The position numbers and the translations under genes are program-made. Positions 10,801 through 23,280 of a stretch of 64,000 bases of DNA are shown piece by piece (within the stretch, counting starts at the first letter, position 1; the number at the start of each line of letters is the position of its first letter). Under the pieces are notes generated by a model. That model saw nothing but the letters and a program-made list of their open reading frames with translations, made no database searches and was not told the origin of the DNA. The stretch comes from Chiloscyllium plagiosum (lineage: Eukaryota). The DNA is taken from positions 20,632,870-20,696,869 of the forward strand of contig NC_057719.1 in assembly GCF_004010195.1 (NCBI RefSeq), written 5' to 3'.

Positions 10801-12959
10801 ACTGCAGCGTGGAACACATGACAGGGAATGATCCAATGAAGACTTTGGAATGCCAGAGCACCGGACAATAAAATGCTTGTTGTACTGCAAAAAACTTCAA
10901 GAAAGCCTGCTGTCACTGTCAAGGAGCACAGTGGAACCTGGCTTCAATTTGCCTCTTGGCTTCATGTAGAACTTGGAGTTCTCTTTTTATCACCCACCTC
11001 CTCACGCACCACCTTTCCCCACTGCTGGTAGAGTCAATGGCTCCAGAATTGCACTATTCAGTCACCCTATGTCCGACAAGGGACTGCCAAAATTGAAGGT
11101 GGCTCTCTTGGCAGCTTGACTCTACCAATGTAACCACATGCACTTGGATGCAGGAGGAAGATTATGAATCCGATATCAAGTCTATGACCCCTGTTGCCTA
11201 CAGTCACTCTCTGGTTTGCATTTACTTTGGGAGCAGTATAATTTTCAACTTGAAGCAAGCCTTATGTCAATACTTCACAATTTCACTGAGATACTCATTA
11301 AATAATGGATTCCTGGAAGAGATTAACAGCACAGAACAGAGTCTATCAGCTGTCACCATGATAACCATTGTCTGTAAAATATGGCAGTAACACAGATCTC
11401 ATAGTTCGACACTGTCATTTGAACCTCAGAATACGAGATTTATAGATTAAAAAATCACATCTCTGAAATCTTTTATAATAATTTGTGCAACACTGAGGTT
11501 TATGGGACTGGTTTTATTTGACATTAAATCTGTATTTAGATGGCTATAGCTGTCATTTTGATGGTGACAACTAATATCTCCTATCACATTGATGCTTGAG
11601 GATATCTGTATTGACGCAGAGGCTTCTGGGGCATAATTGATAACATTACAGGTTGCTGGAAAACAATAGTACATCATCTCAACAAATGTTGTGCAGTGAT
11701 TTTGTTCCAGTTGCAAAAGATGTTTATTTTATGATCTCTCTGTCTCTATCTCTCTCTGTCTCCATATTCCTAGGAATTCCCTCATGACCTCCCTACCTCC
11801 CCCAATGGTACTTATTTATCCTGATTGCGAATTCTCCAATCACAGGTTGCTTCTCAATTGAAATGAACCTATCAAGAGCAAACATAGAGAGAACAAGCAT
11901 GGGATTGGAGGAGCAGATCCTGAACCCCATTTCTTTCCATTCTGTTTACTGGGATGAATTTTCCCTGATTGTTGGTCCCACAATTGGATTTTCCCAGCAA
12001 CCTGGGAATTTTGAGGCTAGATTCAGCTGTCATTCCCATGTATTTTAAGCTCCAAGCTTAGATTAATCTCATACTGCTACATCTACCTCGCTCCTACTCC
12101 TCCAAGTTTCTCTGTACATAGTCTAAATAATTGGAAAGTGCACACCAAGTTTGCTCAATCTGTCTTCATAGGACAATCCTGCCAATTGGATAGGTATATG
12201 AATAGGAAAGGTTTGGAGGGATATGGGCCAGGAGGAGGAAGGAGGCACTAGTTCTGTTTGGGACTACATTCGGCATGGACTGGTTAGACCAAAGGTTCTG
12301 TTTCTGTGCTGCATGACTCTATGACTATGACTAAGTCTAGTGAAGTTTTGTTGCACATCCTCCATAGCAATAATATCCTTCCTGAGCTAAGGAGATCAAA
12401 ACTGTAGACAATACTCCAGGTGCAGTCTAACCAAGTTTCCATACAATTAAAACAAGATTTCACAACTCCATTACTTAAATCCTTTTGTAACTAAAGACTA
12501 ACTTTCCATTACCTTTCTTAATAGCTTGCTGCAATTACATATTGACCTTCAGTGACTTATTGGTGAAGACATCTAGGTCCATTTTTATATCTACACTTTC
12601 CAACCTCCTATCATTTAAAAACTACTCTGCACATCAGTTCCTCCTACCCAAGTGGAGAATTTCATGTTTTTTCTCCATTATATTCCATCTACCTTGTTCT
12701 TACCCACTCACTGGGCAATTCAAAGTCACCCTACATCTTCCTCAAAACCCAAATTCCCGTTTAGCCTTCAATCATTGACAAATTTGGAATCACATTTGCT
12801 CTCCACACCCAGATGACTGATATACAGTATATTGTAAACAAATACTGATCATTGCACTACCAAAGCAGTCATAGCCTGTAAGCATAAGTATGACCCATTT
12901 ATCCCTAATCTGTTAACTGCTCCTTATCCATTTCTTAATCCTGGCCAGCACATTGTAGT

Positions 12960-13279
12960 GGGTGGAACAGTGGCACAGTGGTTAGCACTACTGCCTCACA
13001 GTACCAGAGAGCTGGGTTTAGTTCCCTCCTCAGGTGATTGACTGTGTGGAGTTTATACATTCTTCCCGTGTCTGCGTGGGTTTCCTCCGGGTGCTCCAGT
13101 TTCCTCCCACAGTCCAAAAATGTGCAGGTTAGATGAATTGACCAAGCTAAATTGCCCGTAGTGTTAGGTGAAGTGGTAAATGTAGGGGAATGGGTCTGGG
13201 TGGGTTGCGCTTCAGCGGGTCAGTGTGGACTTGTTGGGCCAAAGGGCCTGTTTCCACACTGTAAGTAATCTAATCTAAT
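12960..13279 (+). mobile_element. HE1-type V-SINE
   Basis: Same structure as 4576-4894, (AATCT)n tail. Confidence 0.9.
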
Positions 13280-13325
13280 TATCTTCTATCTAATGTGCTT
13301 TAACTTTATTAACCAACCTCCTGTG

Positions 13326-14091
13326 TGTGGCAATGTTGTCACTTTAAGAGGTTATTTTGTCATTTTTTGAAGAGAGGTTGTAAGGCAAAGGTGAAGAGAC
13401 GTCTCTAAGTAAGTAACAATTTGTGAGGCCTTGGGTATTTATTTGAAGTTGGAACAGTGAAAACAGTCTAGGTGCGGCCAGCTCTCACAGACCAGGCTTT
13501 TGAGTTGATTTTTTTACTTTTTAGGTCTAGTTCTGAGTAGAAGCTTTTGGATTCTCAAAAGATTTGGAAGCTTCAGTGAATGTCTCTTGGCTGCTATTCT
13601 CCCTGAATTTTCTCTTGATGTTTTCTTCTGCATTTGAGAATCTGAGTGTGGATTTACGTTTTTGTCAAGGGGTGTGTTTATGGGTGGTACTATACTGGAA
13701 CAGGTAATTAGTAATAGATGCTATATATATATCATTCAGTTAAGTTTTTCAATAGGCAAAAGTGAGGACCGCAGATGCTGGAAACCAAGTTTAGATCAGA
13801 GTGGTGCTGGAAAAGCATAGCAGGTCAGGTAGCATCCGAGGAGCAGGAACATCAACATTTTGGGCAAAAGCCTATAGTTTTCCAATAGTTAAGTTATTCT
13901 AAATTCTCCCTTCTTCGATTTGTATTTTAACTGTAGTGTATAAATAAATTGTTTTGCTTAACATCAAGTAGTTTGACCAGTCATATTGCACCTGGACATG
14001 GCACTTCACATCTATCTTTAAAATAAGAAAACGTTAAGGTGTACGCTACCTGTGTAAAATATTTTGAGGGGGTCTGGTCTGGCACATAACA
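13326..14091 (+). mobile_element. Solo LTR with 4-bp TSD inserted in CR1 RT
   Basis: TG...CA termini (TGTGGC...ATAACA); TGTG duplicated at 13322-13325 and 14092-14095; AATAAA at ~13943; CR1 sequence resumes on both sides. Confidence 0.7.
13756..13875 (-). mobile_element. PLE pLTR-only insertion nested in the solo LTR
   Basis: AAAGTGAGGACCGCAGATGCTGG terminus; TSD AGTTTT(T/C)CAATAG at 13743-13755 and 13876-13888. Confidence 0.8.
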
Positions 14092-15324
14092 TGTGGGTGG
14101 AGGAACTTTGTCAAAAGCTTTCCGAAAATTCAAATATACTAGGACTATCAACTCTATTTTATTAATTTTGTTAGCAACATCCACAAAAACATTCCAAGTT
14201 CATCAAATATAAGTTCCCATTTGCAAAGCCCATGATGATTTGCAAAATCAGATCATGAATCTCCAAATGTTTATTTATCACATCCTTTATAACAGATTCT
14301 AGCAGTTTCCCCATTACTGATACAAAGCTGCCAGATCAGTCATTCCCTTGTTAAATGTAGGGTGACATTTGCTGACTTCCAACCTGCAGGAATCCTTCCA
14401 GAATCTATGAGATTTTGAATAATGATTACCGAGGATCGTCTATCTCTATAGTCACTTCCTTCAACACTCCGGTGAATAAAATATCAGGTCCTGGGGACCT
14501 ATCAAATTTTAGTTCCGTTTTTAAAAAAAAAATTGGTTTAATTTGATTTATTATTGTCACACATTCGTAGGTACAGTGAAAGGTTTTGTTTTGCATTCAG
14601 TACAGGCAGATCATAATATACAAATGTTATAGGGGGTGCTGGAACAGAGCAAGGAATACAAATCTTTGGTTGCAAAGAAGGCTTACAAAAAGCAAAATCA
14701 GCATTAGATTTGAAATTTGGGAGGCCCATTCATCAGTCTAATAACAGCAGGGAAGAAGCTGTTCTTGAACCTGTTGGTGCATGTGTTTAAACTTTTATAC
14801 CTTCAGCCTGATGCAAGAGATTGGAAGAGATTATAACCAGACGGAAGGGCTCTTTGATGATGCTGGCTGCCTTTCTGAGACAGCAAGAAGTATAGATGGA
14901 GTCAACTTTCTGTAGTTTCTTACGGTCCTGGGCAGAGTAGTTGCCTCACCAAGCAGTGATGCATCCAGGTAAAATTTATCCAGTGCAACCATTTTTACCA
15001 ACACTAATTTCCTTCAACCTTTCATTCTCCTAAATCATTTGTATCTCTAATTCTGGGAAATTTCTTTAATCTTCATTTAGCTTTTCTAGATTAATTAGCT
15101 ATTCTGCCATTTATCTATTCCCCATTTAAAATTCCATAAAGGGCCCACATTCATTTTATAAAGATATTTCCTTTTTATGCACCGGTGGCAGACTTTATAG
15201 TCCATTTTGGGATTTTTTGTTAGATTTAATTTATATTCTATTCTCCCTTTCCTCTGAGCTTTTTCTTTCTTCATTATTATATTCTAAAAACTTTCCAAAG
15301 CTTACTATTATTTCAAACACAGCA

Positions 15325-15620
15325 CATTGAACAGTACAGCACAGGAGCAGGTCCTCTGGCCCATAGTGTTGTGCCAAATATGACACTAAATTAAACTAAT
15401 CCCTTCTGCCTGCCCTTGGTCCATATCCACCCACACCCCCCCCCCCCTTCCTTGCACCTTCATTTGCTTATCTAAAAGTCCCTTAAACGCCCTAATATAC
15501 CTGCCCCTATCACCACTCCTGGCAGCATGTTCCAGACTCCGACCACTCTCTGTGTAAAATACTTGTCCCTCACATCTCCTTTGAATTTCCCCCCTTCACC
15601 TTGAATGCATGCCCCCTAGG
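15325..15620 (-). mobile_element. CR1 3' end fragment
   Basis: Reverse complement of GH.FKVKGGKFKGDVRDKYFTQRVVGVWN and 3' UTR. Confidence 0.75.
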
Positions 15621-16089
15621 CAAGGTTTTCAGAGATTAAAAAATAGTCTTAAGCAATTCTAAATTCCTATTTGCCATGATTTATTGACATTTCTTAAGGT
15701 TTTGCACTTTGAAGGAATTTATAGTTGTTGTTAGCAGCCGAACAAGCAATGAATGGCCTTTAAAGAACTAGTCCTATCTTTTAATATCTTTTCAATCCAC
15801 ATCAGCTATTTCTTGTGTCATGCCTTCATAATGTCCCTTATTCAAATTTAACAACCTTGCTTCAGATTGAACTACCCCCCTCTAAAATAAAATATAAAAT
15901 TCTATCATATTGTGTAAGTCATTCCGACATGTTATTTTCATACAAAGATTATCTATTAGTCCTTTTCCGTTACATAATATGAGATCTAAAACAGCTTATT
16001 GTAGTTGACTTCTCAGTAGACTGATCTAGAACACCAACCTTAATACAGTATGGAAACAGCCCCTCCACAACTTGGTTGCTCAATTACCA

Positions 16090-17395
16090 TTGGCAATGAT
16101 CTCTTCACTGTCAACGGGAGTGGTACCAGGGGACTGGAGAGTGGCGAATGTTGTGCCCCTGTTCAAAAAAGGGAATAGGGATAACCCCAGGAATTACAGG
16201 CCAGTTAGTCTTACTTCGGTGGTAGGCAAAGTAATGGAAAGGGTACTGAGGGATAGGATTTATGAGTATCTGGAAAGACATTGCTTGATTAGGGACAGCC
16301 AGCACGAATTTGTGAAGGGTAGGTCTTGCCTTACAAGTCTTATTGAATTCTTTGAGGAGGTGACCAAACATGTGGATGAGGGTAGAGCAGTGGATGTAGT
16401 ATACATGGATTTTAGTAAGGCATTTGATAAGGTTCCCCATGGTAGGCTTGTGCTGAAAGTCAGGAGGCGTGGGATAGAGGGAAATTTGGCCAATTGAATA
16501 GAAAACTGGCTAACCGGTCGAAGTCAGAGAGTGGTGGTAGATGGCAAATATTCAGCCTGGAGCCCAGTTACAAGTGGAGTTCCGCAGGGATCAGTTCTGG
16601 GTCCCCTGCTGTTTGTAATTTTTATTAATGACTTAGATGAGGGAGTAGAAGGGTGGGTCAGTAAATTTGNNNNNNNNNNNNNNNNNNNNNNNNNNNNNNN
16701 NNNNNNNNNNNNNNNNNNNNNNNNNNNNNNNNNNNNNNNNNNNNNNNNNNNNNNNNNNNNNNNNNNNNNNNNNNNNNNNNNNNNNNNNNNNNNNNNNNNN
16801 NNNNNNNNNNNNNNNNNNNNNNNNNNNNNNNNNNNNNNNNNNNNNNNNNNNNNNNNNNNNNNNNNNNNNNNNNNNNNNNNNNNNNNNNNNNNNNNNNNNN
16901 NNNNNNNNNNNNNNNNNNNNNNNNNNNNNNNNNNNNNNNNNNNNNNNNNNNNNNNNNNNNNNNNNNNNNNNNNNNNNNNNNNNNNNNNNNNNNNNNNNNN
17001 NNNNGAGAGTGCTAGGCTTTTTCTCGTTGGAACGGCGAAGGATGAGGGGTGACTTGATCGAGGTTTATAAGATGATCAGAGGAATAGATAGAGTAGACAG
17101 TCAGAAACTTTTTCCCGGCTTACAACAGAGTGTTACAAGGGGACATAAATTTAAGGTGAAGGGTGGAAGGTATAGGGGAGATGTCAGGGGTGGGTTCTTT
17201 ACCCAGAGAGTGGTGGGGGCATGGAATGCGCTGCCTGTGGGAGTGGTAGAGTCAGAATCTTTGGTGACCTTTAAGCAGCAATTGGATAGGTACATGGATG
17301 GGTGCTTAAGCTAGGACAAATGTTCGGCACAACATCGTGGGCCGAAGGGCCTGTTCTGTGCTGTATTGTTCTATGTTGTATGTTCTATGTTCTAA
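16090..17395 (+). mobile_element. Young 5'-truncated CR1 (HER1-like) LINE spanning an N-gap
   Basis: VPGDWRVANVVPLFKKG...[55 protein letters not shown]; tail (TTCTATG)n. Confidence 0.95.
16670..17004. other. Assembly gap (335 N) inside CR1
   Basis: N run. Confidence 1.
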
Positions 17396-17699
17396 TTAAT
17401 TTATCAGCCTTTATGCAGAATAAATTCACTCATATTCACTATGTTGTCCATGCTACATGTTATTCTCATCTCCCAGTTAATGCCATGACCATATTATCTT
17501 TACTATCTGATAGCTATCTTCTACCCCTTGCTGCTTCTTAAATTCACCCAACAGACTCACACACAGTCCTTCTGATCTGAGTTCCTTCCTCACCAGTGCA
17601 CCAATCCTATTCCTTACTATCATCAGCTTTTTTCCCTACTTCCTGTTACCAGCTCTATTTCCTTCCAATCTGAGTATCCCACGATTCCCATCCCCCTCG

Positions 17700-18070
17700 C
17701 AAGTTTAAATCCACCCAACAGCACTAGCAAATTTTCTCCTCAGTAATCAGTCCCAGTTCTGTTATCCTCCAAGCTTGTACAAGTCCCATCTGTCCCAGAC
17801 TGATCCAATGCCTCAGAAATATGATGTCCGCCCTGTTACATTAGTTCTCCAGCTATGTTTTCAATCGATCATTCCCTTTCTCTTCATGCTTAGTGGCACG
17901 TGGCACTCGGAGTAATACAAGGGTTATTGCTCTTGATTTCCTGCTTTTTAATTTTTTTCCTAATCCCTCAAAATCTGCCTTCAGAACTTCATCCCTCTTC
18001 CCCCGTTGTCATTGGTATGAATGCAGGCCACAATTTCTGGCAATCACCCTCCCTTCAGAAGGATATTCTG
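17700..18070 (-). mobile_element. Old CR1 ORF1 (esterase-like) remnant
   Basis: Reverse-complement similarity to the ORF1 region at 31110-31340 (TTACTCCGAGTGCCACGTGCCACTAAG vs TTACTCCCAGTGCTATGAGCTAG). Confidence 0.5.
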
Positions 18071-18279
18071 CAGTGTTCTGAATAGTTATCATTGTTGAAA
18101 GACAGCCTGAGACTGTAAAAGGCACCATGAGGATGTAATGGCTTAATAATATTATTGCTTGACTATTAATCCAGAGATTCCAGGAACCCAGGTTTGAATC
18201 ATGCCATGGCAGATGGTCAAATTTGAATTCAGTAAATATCTGGAATTAGGAGTCTAAGGATGACCATTAACCATTAACA

Positions 18280-18472
18280 ACTACAAAAACAGAAGTAGCT
18301 GAAAAAGCTCAGCAGGTCTAGCAGCATCTGTGAAATCAAAATTCACATCATCGGACCGGAAATGTTAACTCTGATTTCTCTCCACAGATGCTGCCAGACC
18401 TGCTGGATTTTTCCAGCTACTTATGTTTTTGTTTCTGATTTGCAACATCCACAGTTCTTTCATTTTTTTAAA
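18280..18472. mobile_element. Fold-back PLE-terminus-like element (GTTAAC family)
   Basis: ACAAAAACAGAAGTAGCTGAAAAAGCTCAGCAGGTCTAGCAGCATCTGTG mirrored by CACAGATGCTGCCAGACCTGCTGGATTTTTCCAGCTACTTATGTTTTTGT; related to 19240-19375 and 27667-27770. Confidence 0.7.
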
Positions 18473-18494
18473 TTTAATGTTTAACTGACTGCCA

Positions 18495-19172
18495 TATAGA
18501 TCATGTACATAGATCCCTGAAAGTTGCCACCCAGGTTGATAGGGTTGTTAAGAAGGCAAATGATGTGTTAGCTTCTATTTGTAGAGGACTGAGTTTTGGA
18601 GCCACAAGGTCACATTGCAGCTGTACAAAACTATGGTGTGGCCGCTCTTGGAGTATTGCATACAGTTCTGGTCACCGCATTACAGGAAGGTCGTGGAAGC
18701 TTTGGAAAAGGTAGAAAAGATATTTACTAGGATGTTGCCTAATATGGAGGGAAGGTCTTATGAGGAAAGGCTGAGGGAGTTGAGGCTGTTTTCATTAGAG
18801 AGACAAAGGTTGAGAGGTGACTTAATTCAGACATATAAAATAATCAGAGGGTTAGATAGGGCAGACAGTGAGAGCCTTTTTCAAGAGATGGTGATGGTTA
18901 GCATGCAGGGATATAGCTTTAAACTGAGGAGTGATAGATATAGGACAGATGCCAGAGGTAGTTTCTTTACTCAGAGAGTAGTAGGGGTGTGGAACACACT
19001 GTCTGCAACAGTGGTAGGCTCGCCAACTTTAAGGACATTTAAATGGTCATTGGATAAACATATGGATGAAAATGTGATAGTGTAGGTTAGATTGGCTTCA
19101 GATTGGTTCCACAGGTTGTCAAAACATTGAGGGCCGAAGGGTCTGTACTGCGCTGTATTGTTCTATGTTTTA
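18495..19172 (+). mobile_element. CR1 LINE 3' fragment
   Basis: LYKTMVWPLLEYCIQFWSPHYRK, RLRGDLI, FFTQRVVGVWN; GGGCCGAAGGG tail. Confidence 0.92.
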
Positions 19173-19688
19173 CATCTGTTCTCGGCATGACTACATTGAA
19201 GAAATTCTGCTCCTCTCTCTGACAGGATTTCTGTTATTAAGGAGGAAGCGTCACCAGGCCTGAAATGTTAACTTCGATTTCTCTTCAGGGATGCTGCCAG
19301 ACCTGCTGAGCTTAATCAGCAACTTCTGCTTTTGTTTCTGATGTACAACATCCGCAATTCCTTTGGTTCTTTTTACCACAAAACCATTGTTGTCTGTCAG
19401 GAAAAGCCCATCTGGTTCACTAATATCCTTTAGAAAAGAGACTTCCGCCTTTCCCTGGTGTGTCCTACATGTGAGTCCAGACCCACAGCAATGTGGTTGA
19501 TGCTTAACTGCCCTCTGCGCAATTAGGGCTGAGTAGTAAATGATGGCCTAGCCAGTGACACCCAAATCCTGTGAATGAATTTTTAAAAAGTCAATGCAAG
19601 CTCTCTTCCTTCATTAGGACTTTATTCAGAAATCCATTTATCTTGAAACGCTATTTGCAAAAGAGTATTTCTGTTGAGTTTACAGTCA

Positions 19689-19820
19689 CTGGTTCCTGAG
19701 GAAGGGCTGATGCCCGAAACATTGATTCTCCTGCTCCTCGGATGCTGCCTGACCTGCTGTGATTTTCCAGCACTACACTCTCGACTCTGATCTCCAGCAT
19801 CTGCAGTCCTCACTTTCTCC
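19689..19820 (+). mobile_element. PLE pLTR-only insertion with hammerhead core
   Basis: CCTGAGGAAGGGCTGATGCCCGAAAC; TSD TGAGTTTACA(G/A)TCA at 19675-19688 and 19821-19834. Confidence 0.85.
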
Positions 19821-20363
19821 TGAGTTTACAATCATCAAGTTTGATTAAGATCATAAGAATGCTTGGGAAAAGAAGAGGTCTGTTAGCTCTTTGCAACTAT
19901 TCCTTCTGTAGACCAGATATATTATAACGGGCTATACAGATCCACATTATTTCCAAGAAATTATCTTGCTAAAATTTCTTTCTCCATCTCACTCCTATCA
20001 TTAAAGCCAACATTCCTCATTCAAGCTTAGATTGAAATGCTCAAAATATTTCAACCTTATCCTCCGTATGGCCATTGTTTCACATTGTGCCTTTCACTGT
20101 TTATTTGCCAATGATCATTAATAATATTGTTAACCAGGCGTTCGCTTTTCTTCCAATGTTCTCCACTCCACACACACACCACTTTCCTGTCTCATCCCTT
20201 TCAGAAAGGATTGATTCTGACAAGGCGACAGTCTCTGGAGTGCTAGTAATATACTAGTACTTTGATAAATTAAGTCTGCGTTCGCTTTTGGATTAAACAA
20301 TAAGAGTTTGAATCATGGATAGGGCAGAGGTTATCATAGTTGAGCCCAACGTATTGTTGACTA

Positions 20364-20585
20364 GGAGAAACTGAGGACTGCAGATGCTGGAGATCAGTGT
20401 CAAAAAGTATGATGCTGGAAAAGCACAGCCAGACAGTCAGCATCTGAGAAGGAGGAGAGTTGATGTCTCAAGCATGAGCTCTTCATCATCCTGGATAATG
20501 AAGAGCTTATTCTGGAAATATCGACTTTCCTGCTCCTCAGATGCTGCCTGATCAACTGTGCTTTCCCAGTACCACATTTTCTGAC
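20364..20585. mobile_element. Older fold-back PLE-terminus element
   Basis: Two inverted pLTR arms meeting at ~20490 (CTCTTCATCA...TGAAGAGCT). Confidence 0.75.
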
Positions 20586-22151
20586 CTCAATTTATTGTCA
20601 CCTATAATAAATTCATATTTTTGAAAAATGCTGTTGGCAAATATTAAGGGAACTGAAAGTAATTCTCAAGACCATCAGCTGAAGTTGCTATCTTACTTCT
20701 GACAGAAGAGTGCTCAATGTGAATTAGATTTTCTTGAACACCTCTTTACTCCTATAAGGCAGCTTGGTGACAGTCAACATAAACAGATCAAGGCTCCAAT
20801 GTATTCTGAACAGTATTTTCATTCTCTGATTTAGCATTACCTCGCTTCAAAATTCAGAGTTGAATGCAATCATACTTTACTGCAGAATACGTGGCATGAC
20901 ATTTTGTATAATAGAAAAATATTGCATCATTAAATTATGCTGTAAAGGGTTCAGACTGATTTCCAAATTGATTTACAATTTTGAAAAGTTTCTCACAGAT
21001 GAAGAAACATGTAGGTCATAATGACAGTGCATTGTGCTCTCTTAGAAAGTTGTCTTTTTTGATGCTTGCTTGAATTTAATAATTCATTTGGATGCATAGT
21101 CTGTAGATTTAGACTATACATAGTCTGTAATCATCAAAATTCTAGGACAATGGTTTTGGCAGATGTGGTATTTCAACCATTGTGATATCAGGTAGTATTG
21201 ACAATGCCAGAACCTGCAGCATCAGTTGACATATGGATACTTTGTTGTGACCATCAGTATTTTTCTTTTATTTTTTTTCTACATTTTGTTTGGAACTATG
21301 AGCTGCAATTGTGAATTAATCTTTGAACTTTGAACAACAGCTTACTTTAAAAAAGAGAGAACAAAAGGTAGATGCTTGCTGTTGGGAACTGGCCTGGGTA
21401 GATAATGCACGTTAATTACTGCTCCAAGTACACTAAAATGATACAATTAAGATGTTGCTGTGCCCACGGATTGGTAGCTGTTTGGATGCTGAATTGGTCA
21501 ATCTAGGCAGGGCCAGTGTTAGCCAGGTAACCACAGAGATTGTTGAAAATAAAAAGCATAAACTAGCTCTGACTGGATCTCGTCCAGGAGGCAGTTTTTG
21601 TTTGCAAGCTTCTGGACTGGATGTTTTTTTCTGTAAATTTTGTCCTTTATGATTATTCTTCAGTTATTGACTTGTTGAAAGTTCTGAGTAAAGAATCGCA
21701 GTCTGTAAGAAACAATTAAAAGTCTCCGGAGTACAGTGCATCAGCCACCAGTTTTTTTCTGGATTTGGATACCTCTAGGTTCCTCTTTAGGATGGATGGT
21801 CAAAAGTATAGGCTTTGGTATTGACGAACCTCCTTGGTTGCTGCATATAACAGTTCTATTGTAATTCTGCCATAAGGGTAATCTGTGACTGAAAAGCTAA
21901 AATTAGCATTTTCCTGTGAGGTGAATTGAATCACCAAATAGGAAAATATAATCATATTTTAGACTCATTAAACATAGCTTGAAATTTTGGACTAAAAATT
22001 ATTCATATTAATTTAAAAGGACAATAGGCAAAAATATTCCAGAGCAGATTGTCATCTTGCTGGATGAAAAACTGTTGCACAATATACAGTCTACTGGCCT
22101 AAAGAAGCTCACCCACTTTTTACCTCTCTTAATTGGTTGACAGAACGTCAG

Positions 22152-22358
22152 AGCTGAAAATTTGTTGCTGGGGAAGTGCAGCAGGTTAGGCAGCATCCAG
22201 GGAACAGGAGAATCGACGTTTCGGGCATAAGCCCTTCTTCAGGGTTTATGCCCGAAATGTCGATTCTCCTGTTCCCTGGATGCTGCCTGACCTGCTGCGC
22301 TTCGCCAGCAACACATTTTCAGCTCTGATCTCCAGCATCTGCAGACCTCACTTTTTCC
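22152..22358. mobile_element. Young fold-back PLE-terminus element
   Basis: Near-perfect inverted arms centred at ~22240; perfect 14-bp TSD TGACAGAACGTCAG at 22138-22151 and 22359-22372. Confidence 0.9.
22211..22244 (-). ncRNA. Minimal hammerhead ribozyme motif
   Basis: Reverse strand CC-CTGAAGA-A-GGGC-TTAT-GCCC-GAAAC-GTC-GATT; stem I weak. Confidence 0.65.
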
Positions 22359-22569
22359 TGACAGAACGTCAGCCTGGCTCTTTGAAAATTGCCACAAATC
22401 TCTTCATGGCTTTAAATGTCCTCATCTCTGTGACCTCCTCCAGGTTACCAGATATTCTGAATGCTCTGTGCTCCTCCAATTCTGACTTTTTTGTATCCCT
22501 GTTTGTCATTGCTTCACCTTTGCGTTAACCTTTAGGTGCCTGTAGGCCACAAGTTCTGGAATTCTTGGG

Positions 22570-23280
22570 AACATAGGAATTAGGAGCAGTGGTTGGCAAT
22601 TCAGCCCTACAGGTCCATTCCAACATTTAACATGATCAATACTGATCTTATCCTGGTCTCAAATCCACTTTCCCATCAGCTCACCCTACACCTTTACCCT
22701 ACTTTTCATCAGTCTATTGCTTTCTTGAATCTGTTGACTAACTTTGCCTCTGCTGCACTCAGGGGCACTGATTTCCAATGATTCACAACTCTCTGCAAGA
22801 AGTAATTTCTCCTTATCCCAGTTTTGAATCTACCTTCTCTCACTCTATATCTATGACCTCTTGTTTGAAACTGTCCCACAAGGGGGAGCAACTGTTAAAT
22901 GTCCAACTTATCAATCCCCCTTTAGAATTTTCTATACCTCAAACAGATCCTCCCTCATTCTTCGGAACTTCAGTGAGTAGAAGTCCAACCTATTCAACCG
23001 TTCCTCATATGACAGCCCTTTCATCCCTGGAATCAACCTGGTGAACCTCCTTTGAACTTCTTCCAGTGCCACCATACACTTCCTCAAGTAAGGCGACCAG
23101 AAGTGAACACAGTATTCCATGTGTGGGTTCACCAATGCCTGATATATTTGTAAGAACACTTTATTACTTCTATAATCCAACCCATTTGTAATTAATGCCA
23201 GGATTCCATTTATATTTTTCATATTATATGCTGCACCTGCATGCCTACTTTCTACGATTCATGTATAAGGACACCACAAG
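22570..23280 (-). mobile_element. CR1 LINE 3' fragment
   Basis: IYQALVNPHMEYCVHFWSPYLRK, YFLQRVVNHW. Confidence 0.88.

Larger units (their letters stand above)
12120..15200 (-). mobile_element. Old fragmented CR1 LINE ORF2, host to nested SINE, LTR and PLE insertions
   Basis: Minus strand LVYLNFRKAFDKVP (~14100-14150), remnants of the LVRLHLEYCLQF motif (~12400), SPGPD motif (~14490). Confidence 0.65.
18120..19590 (+). mobile_element. tRNA-headed SINE (second family) split by nested insertions
   Basis: Head 18120-18275 (GACTATTAATCCAGAG...GGTTTGAATC) resumes at ~19375 (AAACCATTG...CCCATCTGGTTCACTAAT...AAATGATGGCCTAGCCAG); colinear with copies at 49295 and 57125. Confidence 0.7.
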
